Below, one piece after another: positions 1 through 9,986 of a DNA stretch of 11,557 bases. Location: contig NW_021826911.1 of NCBI RefSeq assembly GCF_006345805.1, positions 1 through 11,557 on the forward strand. The letters are read 5' to 3'. Each line of letters starts with the position of its first letter. Position 1 is the stretch's first letter. Below the pieces are notes generated by a model. The model did not search any database and was not told the DNA's origin. It saw only the letters and a program-made list of their open reading frames with translations. A program made the translations under genes and the position numbers. The DNA comes from Octopus sinensis. Lineage: Eukaryota.

Positions 1-1009
1 GAAAAAGGTGCAGCACCAGTGGGAAAACTCCTAGATCACGTTATTTCTGCGTAATTGCGTGTTATTGGCAGCAGATGTCTACTGTTACCGCACGCGAACC
101 AAACTTCGCCTCTACTAATATATGTAGAAAATAATGACAAATTATTCACTGGTATCTGCTGATTGGTTGGAACTTCGCCCCTTATCCTTGACAGCAGACG
201 TGGTTCACTCTTAACTCATCAGAAACAATTAGGTAGGTGTCTCGAACCATCCTTTTAAGTATGTCTCTAGTATTCCAACATGCAACAGAACTTCAATGTC
301 CCAAACTCCCTAAGTAGTTTGCTCATAGGTGCCCCAAAGCTGACAAGTACTTAATTTTTCTGTCTGTCTGAAGTTACTTATATTCAACGGTTGTATTCTG
401 GCCAGTTAGAATTAAAAAAACTCAAAGGTAATTTTAAGAGTGAATAAAATATAATTTAACTGACAAAATATATTTTTTTTTTTGTGTGACTATGGATTAA
501 ATATATTTAATTCAGTAATTGTGTTATTTTAAATTAGATGATGATAATTCGGCAAGGTAAACGAATATAGTAAACTGTTATAATGGACTTTCAGATATCA
601 TTTTTTTAAAAATGAACATATTTTACATCTTGTCTCATTAAACAACAAAAAAAGACTACGATAAGGAAAGAACAAATGCGAAAACAGTTCATTTATATTT
701 TTCGTGATATAGTTGCATTAAATATGATAGACAGATGTCTAATTTAATGTAATTTTGTTTCTGTTGCATTAAGCAGATTTTTATTGCATCACCAGTGAGT
801 TTTTCAATCACAGATTTCTCAAATGAGTAGAAACGGATTTTGTTTTTGCACGCAGCTAGCAGTGAGTACATGCTATCAACAACATCCAACGAGGCAGAAA
901 TGTGTTATCTAACATTCTCATTGTCGCTGTTGGACAATTTTTGTCTGCTAATGATATACTTAGATTTTTAAACAGTATCTTCAGAAGAGATATCGTATAC
1001 CGCACTTAA

Positions 1010-1157
1010 TTTGCGTTTCCGACTAAACGCTTAATAACTCTTTATATTCCGAATTCAAATAACACCGAGGTCAACTTTGCCTTTAATACATACGGGGTCA
1101 ATGAAATAAAGAACTAGACAGCTACCGTGTTACCCCAAATTTCAGGCCTTGTGCTTA
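1010..1157 (+). mobile_element. Degenerate tRNA-derived SINE (octopus/cephalopod-like); tail interrupted by a MITE and resuming at ~1361-1372
   Basis: B-box-like GAATTCAAATAAC (1051-1063), then CCGAGGTCAACTTTGCCTTT...CGGGGTCAATGAAATAA, then tail CCCCAAATTTCAGGCCTTGTGC-TA-TAGTATAAAG. Recognised from memory as resembling abundant Octopus SINEs, not verified by search. The 5' boundary is approximate. Confidence 0.65.
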
Positions 1158-1358
1158 CGAGGGGATGCTGAAAAGTTCCTGGCTTTGGGTAATAGAAAAT
1201 ACAGGATGATCAGTTAATTATGATTCTGGCCAATATATCCCCTCTCAGATTCACACTCTTATTGTAGCGGTCTTTCAGTTTTTCCAAGCCCTGTAAAAGA
1301 ACTTGGAAGGTTGGGCCTCCAACCAGAACTTTTGCGGGACCCTTTTCAGCACCCCTTG
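1158..1358. mobile_element. Non-autonomous Tc1/mariner-type MITE (201 bp) with TA target-site duplication
   Basis: Left end is TA|CGAGGGGATGCTGAAAAGTTCC. Right end is GGACCCTTTTCAGCACCCCTTG|TA, whose reverse complement is CAAGGGGTGCTGAAAAGGGTCC. These are imperfect ~22-bp TIRs with TA at 1156-1157 and 1359-1360. No coding capacity. Confidence 0.85.
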
Positions 1359-2326
1359 TATAGTATAAAGAAAAAATGTGCATTTTTGTGATGTATTTTC
1401 ATAAAGTATGATAGACGGATGACTGTTATAGTTAAAATAATGAAAAGCTGTATGAAAAATAAGACAGAATCAAATCAAATTCAGTAATATATTTGATATG
1501 ACGGAAGATTAAAATTCTTAACAATTGTAGAAATAGATAAATTTGAGGGTTCTCTATGAGGACAAAATTGTGTAGAAGTAAAAGATTGCTTTTGATGAAA
1601 AGAACACTACTATTGATTTGCGTATACAAGGGGAGTTAAGAAAGGTAGGTAGGCAAAGCAAAACGGAAAATATAATGTCGATCAAAATTGATGCTTTGGA
1701 TGCAGAGAAGTAATACAACTGCTAGGAAGATTATCAAGTTGTAATAAGATGGTGTATCATCGACAAATTGATTTAATTTTCGAAGCAATTATATGGTTCT
1801 AGGATTTAATAAGTAGATTTTAATGGTAAGTAAGTGTTTATGAAGTGAAAGGTAAAGTTCTATAAGAATGCCAAGTGTGATTTGGATTAAAATTGTGTGT
1901 TCTCTATGGATGAGTGAGCATTTAATGAGGCAATCCTTTGACGGAAGCGAGATTTGAAATGTGGCATGTGACTGTAGGCCTCTTAGGATTCTAGGTGTAA
2001 GCTAACAATAAGCTTATGCTGTCGTTATATAAATAGGTGTTATTTGCAGGTGAATCATTAGGTGTAGATTTGATTAAATCTGGTGTATTGTAGGCTGGAA
2101 CTGTGTGTGTTGTTAGAGATAGCATGGGCAATCGTCAGGTTTACTCTAAGAAGTTAGTAGAAGCAGAATTAAACAGGCAACAAGTATTGATGTCCAATAT
2201 TGGGGTATATTACTATGGATTATATGAAAAGGTGTGTATAACGAGGAAAAAAGATGGAGGTGTAATTGCGCAAATGACATGAGGTAATATTGAAATAACA
2301 CTGGGGAAAATACTATTAACTTTCGG

Positions 2327-2335
2327 CTCTATCTC

Positions 2336-2405
<70 letters not shown>

Positions 2406-2415
2406 TTATCTATCT
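2327..2415 (+). repeat. Compound microsatellite (TC)n then (TATC)n
   Basis: (TC)n to 2370 and (TATC)n 2371-2415; abuts the 5' junction of copy A. Confidence 0.97.
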
Positions 2416-3572
2416 GAGACTGCGACATCTCCGGCTCTACGTAGACGTCGGTGAACAGGTATGGTCGCCGTTTGTGGGGCACGCTCTCCATGACCGAGCT
2501 GCAGTCGTGGATCAAAAAGAGGCCGAGGAAGGGCGATGGTACCGCGAGTGTCGAGTTGCTCTCAAGCAACTATGCCATCCCGGGTCGACCTTGAGTGACT
2601 TCAACACAACCAAAGCATTCTATAGGGGAATAGTGGAGGGGAGGTACGACGACGAAATCGGGGCGAACATGGACGTCGATGAGGAGTACCTGGCCCGCTT
2701 GTTCAGGTATTTCGGGCCAGGACCCATGGACAACTTCCAGAGATCCCTGGTCTGGCAGTGCTACCGAGAAGCGCTACCTGTTCGGGATAAGTTCTACAGA
2801 CACGGCTCGAGAAACACGGGGTCGACCTACCCGAGATGCGGTAAGAGCGACGAAACCGTTCTGCACGCACTCGTGCAGTGTCCAACAATTTCCGACCTGT
2901 GAGCTTATGTCGAACGACTGCTGACACGTGTGGGACGAGTCGGTTTATCAGCTGAGTCTATCGTCAATATCGTCACGCCTCCTTCCTTCAAACGGGAAGG
3001 AAGTGCTATTTTCATCATTCTTGTGGCTATGGCGAAAGAATGTATCTGGTGGGCGCGTCTGAAAGGATTGGAGACAAACACTTTCCGCTCTGGTCAATCT
3101 CTCATCAACTTCTTCAAGTATCACTTGAAAAGGAAAGTAAAAGTAGAGAGGCAAGTTTTGTCTAGCGAATGTTTTAAAAGAAAATGGGTGAATGTAGCAA
3201 GGATGGCACGTATGAATGACGAAGCCACCTTGAGTATAATCCTATGAACCCGGAAAAATTTAAAACAGCTACTTACTTGCAAACAAATGAGTTAACGTGT
3301 GACATTATTGACCGAGGTTACCGTGGTCTTTTCCGTAGGCTTTTCTTTCCACGGATAAACCTTATCCACTTTCCCCTTTGTACTTTACATCATGACATTT
3401 CTGTGATACACGATCCCTATTGATCGTTTTTCTTCTTTCCTTTTTTCGATCCCTTTTGATCGAAAATCTACCCCACTTTTTTTCTTCTTTTTTTTTTTGT
3501 CCCCCAAAAGAAAAGCTCTACTTTGTAATTTGTCCTGTCTGTGTTCAGCCCTGTGTGGCTAATAAAGAAACA
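2414..3572 (+). mobile_element. Tx1-clade LINE copy A, 5'-truncated (end of ORF2 plus 3'UTR)
   Basis: Aligns to copy B from 8771 (CTGAGACTGCGACA) to the 3' end GCCCTGTGTGGCTAATAAAGAAACA. Confidence 0.95.
2416..3247 (+). pseudogene. ORF2 C-terminal fragment of copy A (zinc-finger region), disrupted
   Basis: ORFs 2474-2902 and 2930-3247 match the C-terminus of copy B ORF2. It has a W->TGA change at 2900-2902, the first zinc Cys changed to Tyr (TYPRC vs TCPRC), and a ~14-bp deletion near 2485 relative to B. Confidence 0.9.
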
Positions 3573-3669
<97 letters not shown>

Positions 3670-3698
3670 GCCTATCTATCAATATATCTATCCTATCT
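3573..3698 (+). repeat. (TATC)n microsatellite between copies A and B
   Basis: About 24 perfect units to ~3669, then degenerate units to 3698. Confidence 0.97.
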
Positions 3699-3920
3699 CA
3701 CGGACAGACAGACGCAAGTCAAATGGGCTCCACGTAAGTTGGTATTTTTATACGTTCAAAAGTGTATATTGACAAATATTTTGTGTCTAAAAGTTGTGCA
3801 ACAACATCCACTGCAAACCTTTGATAAATATCTACACAAAATTTTGCCCCTTGGGGGCAAAATTTAAAAAACAAAATTCTCATAGCCTTCATGGATTCAT
3901 TTAGCCATTTTAATTTCAAA

Positions 3921-6156
3921 ATGGCCACTGGTCACCACGAGGCTGAGGTGCAAGTCAAGCGTGACGCAGGGAAAGAAAAACAGGATGCTCTGTTAGCCTC
4001 CACCACCATCAACATCGACAACAGCAACAAATACAAAACAAAGGTCGCAAGGCCAAGCACCGTCAACACCATCACCGACAACAACACCATGACAGAATCT
4101 GCTACTAAAACTGCTATCCCGGCTAAAGACATCGCCACCAATAACAATACCAACATCACCATCACCGCCACCAAAGACCGTGCCTCAATGCTACTAATAC
4201 CACTAACACCACTACACCACGCCGTCACCAAGAACGACAATAACAACAACAACAACATCTCCACCATAACAATACACATCACCATCACCACACCGCCACC
4301 AAAGACCGTGCCGTCAATGCTACTAATACCACTAACACCACCGCCGTCACCAAGAACGACAATAACAACAACAACAACAACAACAACGATGACAACAACA
4401 ATTCCCTTCAACCACTGTTCACTCCATCACCAACAAGTGAAAAAATAACGACAAGCAAACGAAATGCCGAAATTTGCGCTAATGCAGGACTAAATGACGC
4501 AGACAATTTCCACCCCTTGCTAGTTGCATAATCAGCAACCACAAACCTACAACCCACAACCCCTGCCATCAACACCAACACCACCGGCAGTAACAACAAT
4601 AACAAAACAACAACAAACTTCGCCGAGGCGATAAAAGAAAAGGTAACAAAAGTTTCGTTTACTACACAACAGATAAGAGATTGCAGAAACCTTATTACAA
4701 ATGAAAACGGAAAAATACTCTTACACATACCTCAACACATACTAAATGAGGAGAAAAAAAAGACAATTATATATAAATCACAAATAAAAAAACTAAAGTC
4801 CAGAAAAGGCAAGCACAGACAAAGTAAAAAGTGCTTACGCCCCATCTGGGATACAAGGATTGTGTGACTTGGGCGAACAAGTTCGCCCACGTACAGGTGG
4901 TTTTTCAGAATGAAGAGTTGGCGAAGAAATTCTCAACGATAGCCCTTCATTCTGATGAAACTAACGATGACACCGAGTTACCTCGGCCAGAAGGTGACGA
5001 AGGTCATTATCAGTGGTGTCCCTCAAGTGACTACAACACTGTGGATAACATCCGCCTTAACATCCGAAATGGAGGATTTAAACATCCTAGATATCGGTGT
5101 TTTCGAAAACAAGGACTGGCTGGGAAAGAGAATAGAGTTCCTCTTCCACATAAGTCAAGAGGACATAAATAAAATCCCCACCCACGTACATCTTGAGGAT
5201 GGCCGCAAGTTATACGTAGTAGTCGAGGGCAGAAGGCCACGATGCTATACATGTGGCAGTGAGGCACACCTCAAAAAGGAGTGCAAAACTGCCGCAAAAT
5301 TACAACAACAACAACAGCCACAGAAAAATCACAAAAGCCAGCATTATGCCCACACCACAATATGGACAGCTAGTCAAGAAGCTGTATGCGGAAATGCAGG
5401 AAAAACAAGAAAGAACAAGCCAACCCAACCAAACAACACCAACACCAGCGCCAAGACAGAATCATCACCCACCAACAACAAAAAACCAATTCCAACACCA
5501 AGAACGACAGCAAAACCCAAAGGACAGAAAAACAAAGAAAACACACACAAACTGATCCCCCATCCCTTATACACTCAACACACACAAACACTCAACAACC
5601 AACAACAACGAAAACAACAACACAACCACTTACACAGACATACATAGAAGCCCACAACATACCCCTACCCTTCTTCCTTCCTCAGAAATTTCGTCGGAAG
5701 ACGAAAACCAGTGAGGAATGGCAAATAGCTAGCTACAAAAGAAGGAAATAAAGAGCAGAAACACAACCCAAACCAAATGCAAACACGAACAAAGCAGGGG
5801 GAAATACATCTCCGAAGACATTTCAAAACCCAACGCAAACAACAGCCACACCAACACCCACAAAATATACACAGCAAACATGCTCACAGCCATAGACACC
5901 AAAAACACAAATTTGATGGAATACATCCAATCAAAAACAAACAAAACAGAAGATGACATAAAAACAAACAATCACCCATACACAACACCACCAGACCACA
6001 TCAAAATATTACACATCTCCAAAGTCTGCACCACACACTCAAAGGCATTTTCCCCAGTGCGGTGGTAAATGCCAAAAATATCTCACAAAGAAACTGTACT
6101 GGGATCTTCTCGAGGACAAACCAACGGAGGAGAAAGCAAAAACTTTCGAGCAGTAA
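3921..6156 (+). pseudogene. ORF1 (gag-like nucleic-acid-binding protein) of copy B, split by frameshifts in this sequence
   Basis: ATG at 3921 (AAAATGG), then a T/N-rich low-complexity N-terminus, an RRM-like segment (KVTKVIISGVP...KIPTHVHLEDGRKLYVVVEGRRPR), the zinc knuckle CYTCGSEAHLKKEC (C-X2-C-X4-H-X4-C, 5243-5284) and a basic motif EEWQIASYKRRK. The stop is uncertain; TAA 6154-6156 after LYWDLLEDKPTEEKAKTFEQ is the best guess. Confidence 0.8.
4130..4386 (+). repeat. Two-unit ~126-bp tandem duplication with (AAC)n tracts inside ORF1
   Basis: GCCACCAAAGACCGTGCC(G)TCAATGCTACTAATACCACTAACACCA...CGCCGTCACCAAGAACGACAATAACAACAAC occurs at ~4167 and ~4295. Confidence 0.9.
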
Positions 6157-6187
6157 GTAACCCTCTGTATTCTAATTCATTAGAACT

Positions 6188-9100
6188 ATGATCAAGATTG
6201 GTTGTGTAAATGCGCGTGGCTTGGGGTCCCCTTGGAAACAAGGGTACCTCTCTTAAATGACATAAAGTCACATAAGTTAGAAATCATAGCCATAAGCGAG
6301 ACCAGACTCCACAATCCGCGGGCCCTAAAGACCATGTTTGGCGGACAGTTCAACATTTTATTTTCCCCCCTGTCTGCCGAGAATGGGCGGTAGTGGCACC
6401 GCGGTACTTTTTCACAAGAGTCTGGATCTCAAAGTAAGGACAATATTCGTAGACCCGGAGGGTAGACTGGTCGTCCTGGATGTCGACGGCAGCAATGGGT
6501 GCGCTTTTCGACTCGTATCAGTTTACGCACCGCACTTACAGGTCGGGCGGATTTCTTTCAACGTCTAGAAGTTTTCTTGGGAACGTCTCGTCCTTTACTC
6601 TTAGTGGGGGATTGGAATGCTACCTTGGACACGCATGTAGACTACGTGGGTAGAGATAGGAATAGACGGGGATGCAAATGCCTCAGAGACCTGCTCAGAC
6701 GCTTTCAACTGTCTGACAGGTTCCGACTAGACCACCCGAATGCGCCAACGTGGACATGGAGCAACCGCATCGGGTCGTCGAGATCGTATCTAGATAGGAT
6801 ACTGTGTAGGACAGTAGATAAGATAGCATAGGATGTCCACAATTCCACATAGTCAGCTACACGGATCACAAACTTGTGACATGTACGCTAGACTTAGGTA
6901 AGACACTTAGGCAGGGTCCCGGATACTGGAAACTAAACGCGTCTTTCCCATCGAGACAGGTTTTCAGAGACCGGATTAGCACACTAGTAAAGAGGCTTTG
7001 ACGGGAGCCATCATCAACAACAAATGGTGGTTTGCCCTCAAGAGAGCAGTAAAAGCAGAAGCGATTAGGTACAGCAAAGCACTACTAGCCATAGATAGAA
7101 ATAGAGTAGAGGATGAGCTAGTTAAGAAGCTAGAAGAGGCAATTAGAAGCGGCATCGCATCCGACTTTTTGGCGGCGAGGTTGGCCCGACCAACACTTCA
7201 AACGCAAACACGAAGGATGTGCTGTCAGAGCTAGGATGCGTGCTCTAAGGAACGAAGGTGTTGGAGCCGCGAGAGAGGCCCGGGTGGCAGAGGCGCAACA
7301 GGGCAACAAAGCCACCATTCGGTCACTGGTAGATGAACAGGGGGCGCGAATTGCTCGAGCCAAGTAAAATGTGTGAGGCCTTTCAGCAGCATTTTGCCCG
7401 ACTGTTCGGAACGAGTGGAGGGCAAGAACGTAGGGTGGACTTCAGTGCCTACCTACATAGCCTACCACGACTCTCGACAGAAAGGCAGGTGCTGCGAAGG
7501 TGCCATCACGGCGGCGGAAGTGCGGGAAGCGATGGCAGAATGCTCGAGGGACAAATCACCGGGTTTGGATGGTCTACCCTACGAGCTTTACAATTGTAGG
7601 CCAGACTGTTTGGAGATCTCTTGGCGGCGGTGTACTGCAACTGGCAGCAAAACGGGAGCATTCCTGGTTTTGTGAGCCGAGGAGCCGTAACACACTGCTG
7701 AAGAAAGATCTAAACAAGGGAAATGTAATAGATAACTTTTAGGCCCATCACTCTGCTTAATTCAGACTTGAAAATTTTGGCCAAGGTGCTAGCCAAGAGG
7801 TTGGCGCTTGTCATCGAGAAACTGGTCGACAAGGCGCAAACATGCGCCGTGCCAGGCCGGACCATCCATGACAACCTCCATCTGATGCGCTACATCATAG
7901 ACAGGGTAGTTAACGAACCTGGCATGGTGGGGCCCTGATCAACTTGGATCAATCGAAAGCCTTTGATAGGGTAGACCATCGATACTTGGAGGCAGTCCTG
8001 AAAGCGGCTGGTTTCGGTCCCGTCTTCCGCGGCTGGATAGCTGCCTTGTACAGAGGCATCCGTTCGGTAATTCGCGTAATGGACATCTATCGAGACCTTT
8101 CGACATTGCACGTTCGGTCCGTCAGGGATGCCCCCTCTCGGCGCTTCTATACGTATTGACTCTTGAGCCACTACTGCGGAAGCTGGCGACTCTAAGGGGC
8201 ATCCCGCGAGAATTGGGATGCGGGACGAGCGTGTCTGCATACGCGGACGACGTCACCGTCATAGTGTCTAGCCACGAGCACATCGAGCTGGTCGGCGAGA
8301 CACTGAAAAACTACGAAGCGGTGACAGGAGCGAAAATCAACCGGGAAAAGTCAGTGGGCTTGCGACTAGGCACCTGGAGAAGCAAGCCCATGCCGTCCAC
8401 CACGCCTCCGTCGTGGGACGCTGGACCGACGGCCCGGTTGAGTTGCTCGGGGTCTGGTTTGGTCCGGACCTCCAAGTGGAGAAGAACTGGAACGAGATAA
8501 CGAGTAGGGTGGTCACTCTCGCCCGGCAATGGGCCGAGAGGAAACTGTCCCTAAAAGGTCGAGCGGAGGTGGCGAACACGTACATCGCGTCCGTCATCTA
8601 CTACCGCCTGACCGTCGTACCTTGTCCCGACCCTACCATCACCAACTACAAACGCATCTCTTTCGCTTCTTGTGAAAAGGATGCGTCCCGATGGTCAGGC
8701 GATCCATTTGCTGTCAACACCCGTTAAAGGAGGGCTGGGCATGCCGTGGTTGATGATGCGCAGACACGCGCTGAGACTGCGACACTCTCTGGCTCTATGT
8801 AGACGACGGTGAACAGGTGTGGTCGCCGTTTGTGAGGCATGCTTTCCCGCAGCTCGTCTCCATGACCGAACTGCAGTCGTGGATCAAAAAGAGGCCGAGA
8901 AGGGCGAATGGCACCGCGAGTGTCGCGTTGCTCTCAAGCAACTCTGCCGTCCTGGGTCGACCTTAAGTGACTTCAACACAACCAAAGCATTCTATAGGGG
9001 TTTAGTGGAGGGGAGGTACGACGACGAGCTCGGGGCGAACCTGGACGTCGACGAGGAGTACCTGACCCGCCTGTTCGGGACGACTTTCGGGCCAGGGCCA

Positions 9101-9616
9101 TGGACAACTTCCAGAGATCCCTGGCCTGGCAGTGCTACCGAGAAGCGCTACCCTTTCGGGATAAGCTCTACAGACAGGCTCGAGAAACACGGGCCGACCT
9201 GCCCGAGATGCGGTCAGAGCGACGAAACCGTTCTGCACGCACTCGTTCAGTGTCCAACAATTTCCGACCTGTGGGCTTATGTCGAACAACTGCTGTCACG
9301 TGTGGGACGAGTCGTTTATCAGCTGAGTCTATCGTCAATATTGTCACGCCTCCTTCCTTCAAACGGGAAGGAAGAGCTATTTTCATCATCCTTGTGGCTA
9401 TGGCGAAAGAATGTATCTGGTGGACGCGTCTGAAAGGATTGGAGACAAACACTTTCTCTCTGGTCAATCTCACATCAACTTCTTCAAGTACCACTTGAAA
9501 AGGAAGTGAGAGTAGAGAGGCAAGTTTTGTCTAGCGAATGTTTTAAAAAAAGATGGGTGAATGTAGCAAGAATGGCACGTATGAATGACGAAGCCACCTT
9601 GAGCATAGTCCTATGA
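6188..9616 (+). pseudogene. ORF2 pol (APE endonuclease, reverse transcriptase, CCHC zinc finger) of copy B, frameshifted in this sequence
   Basis: EN motifs: MIKIGCVNARGL, IIAISET, LVSVYAP, LVGDWNA, TWTW...SYLDRI, TDHKLV. RT motifs: FRPITLLNSDLKILAKVLAKRL, LDQSKAFDRVDH, VRQGCPLS, SAYADDV (YADD 8240-8251), GAKINREKS, LLGVWFG. C-terminal finger CPRCGQSDETVLHALVQC (9200-9253). Stop TGA 9614-9616. Confidence 0.93.
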
Positions 9617-9975
9617 ACCCAGAAATCGAAAACAGAGAGTTGCTTATTTGCAAAAAAAAAAAAAAAAAGAAATATAAAATGTGACTTCATTGACCGAGGT
9701 TACCGTGGTCTTTCCGTAGGCTTTTCTTTCCACGGGTAAACCTCACCTGTCCTCCCTTTACACTTCATATTGACATTTCTGTGATAACGATCCCTATTGA
9801 TCAATTTTTTTTCCTCTCCCCCTTTTTTTTAACCCCCTTTTTTGTCCTCTTTCTCTCCTTTTACGATCCCTTTTGATCGAACTCCCCCTTCCTCTTTTTT
9901 TTTTTTTTTAACCCTTCAAAAGAAAAGCTCTACCTTGTAATTTGTTCTATCTTGTGCAGCCCGCCCTGTGTGGCT

Positions 9976-9981
9976 AATAAA
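9976..9981 (+). terminator. AATAAA polyadenylation-signal-like hexamer at the element 3' end (also at 3561, 10568, 11203, 11552)
   Basis: Present in all five copies. In A-D it is followed by 6 nt and then microsatellite rather than poly(A); E is cut off by the window edge. Confidence 0.6.
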
Positions 9982-9986
9982 ACAAC

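Noticed and set aside
95-240. Possible host promoter or first exon (reverse CCAAT at ~162, repeated AACTTCGCC at 102 and 171, AG|GTAGGT at ~230)
   Set aside because: Short motifs are expected by chance and there is no supporting exon or ORF.
689-1629. Minus-strand ORFs 689-889 and 1432-1629
   Set aside because: Short, AT-rich and without recognisable motifs.
1400-2320. G/T-skewed stretch that could be an ancient minus-strand retroelement
   Set aside because: No RT or EN motifs or termini could be recovered by eye.
3420-3867. ORFs with (YLSI)n repeats (also 9952-10395, 9968-10288, 10984-11406, 11298-11519)
   Set aside because: These are translations of stop-free (TATC)n microsatellite, not genes.
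4945-4965. CTGATGA followed by AAAC, resembling a hammerhead ribozyme core
   Set aside because: There is no stem II between CUGAUGA and GAAA, and it lies inside ORF1 coding sequence.
3932-5971. Hydrophobic V/L/C-rich minus-strand ORFs resembling membrane proteins
   Set aside because: They are antisense shadows of the A/C-rich ORF1 strand.
6186-6191. ATGA overlap suggesting ORF1 stop/ORF2 start translational coupling
   Set aside because: The frame ending at TGA 6189-6191 cannot be shown to be the true ORF1 frame given the frameshifts, and another frame ending at 6156 looks more protein-like.
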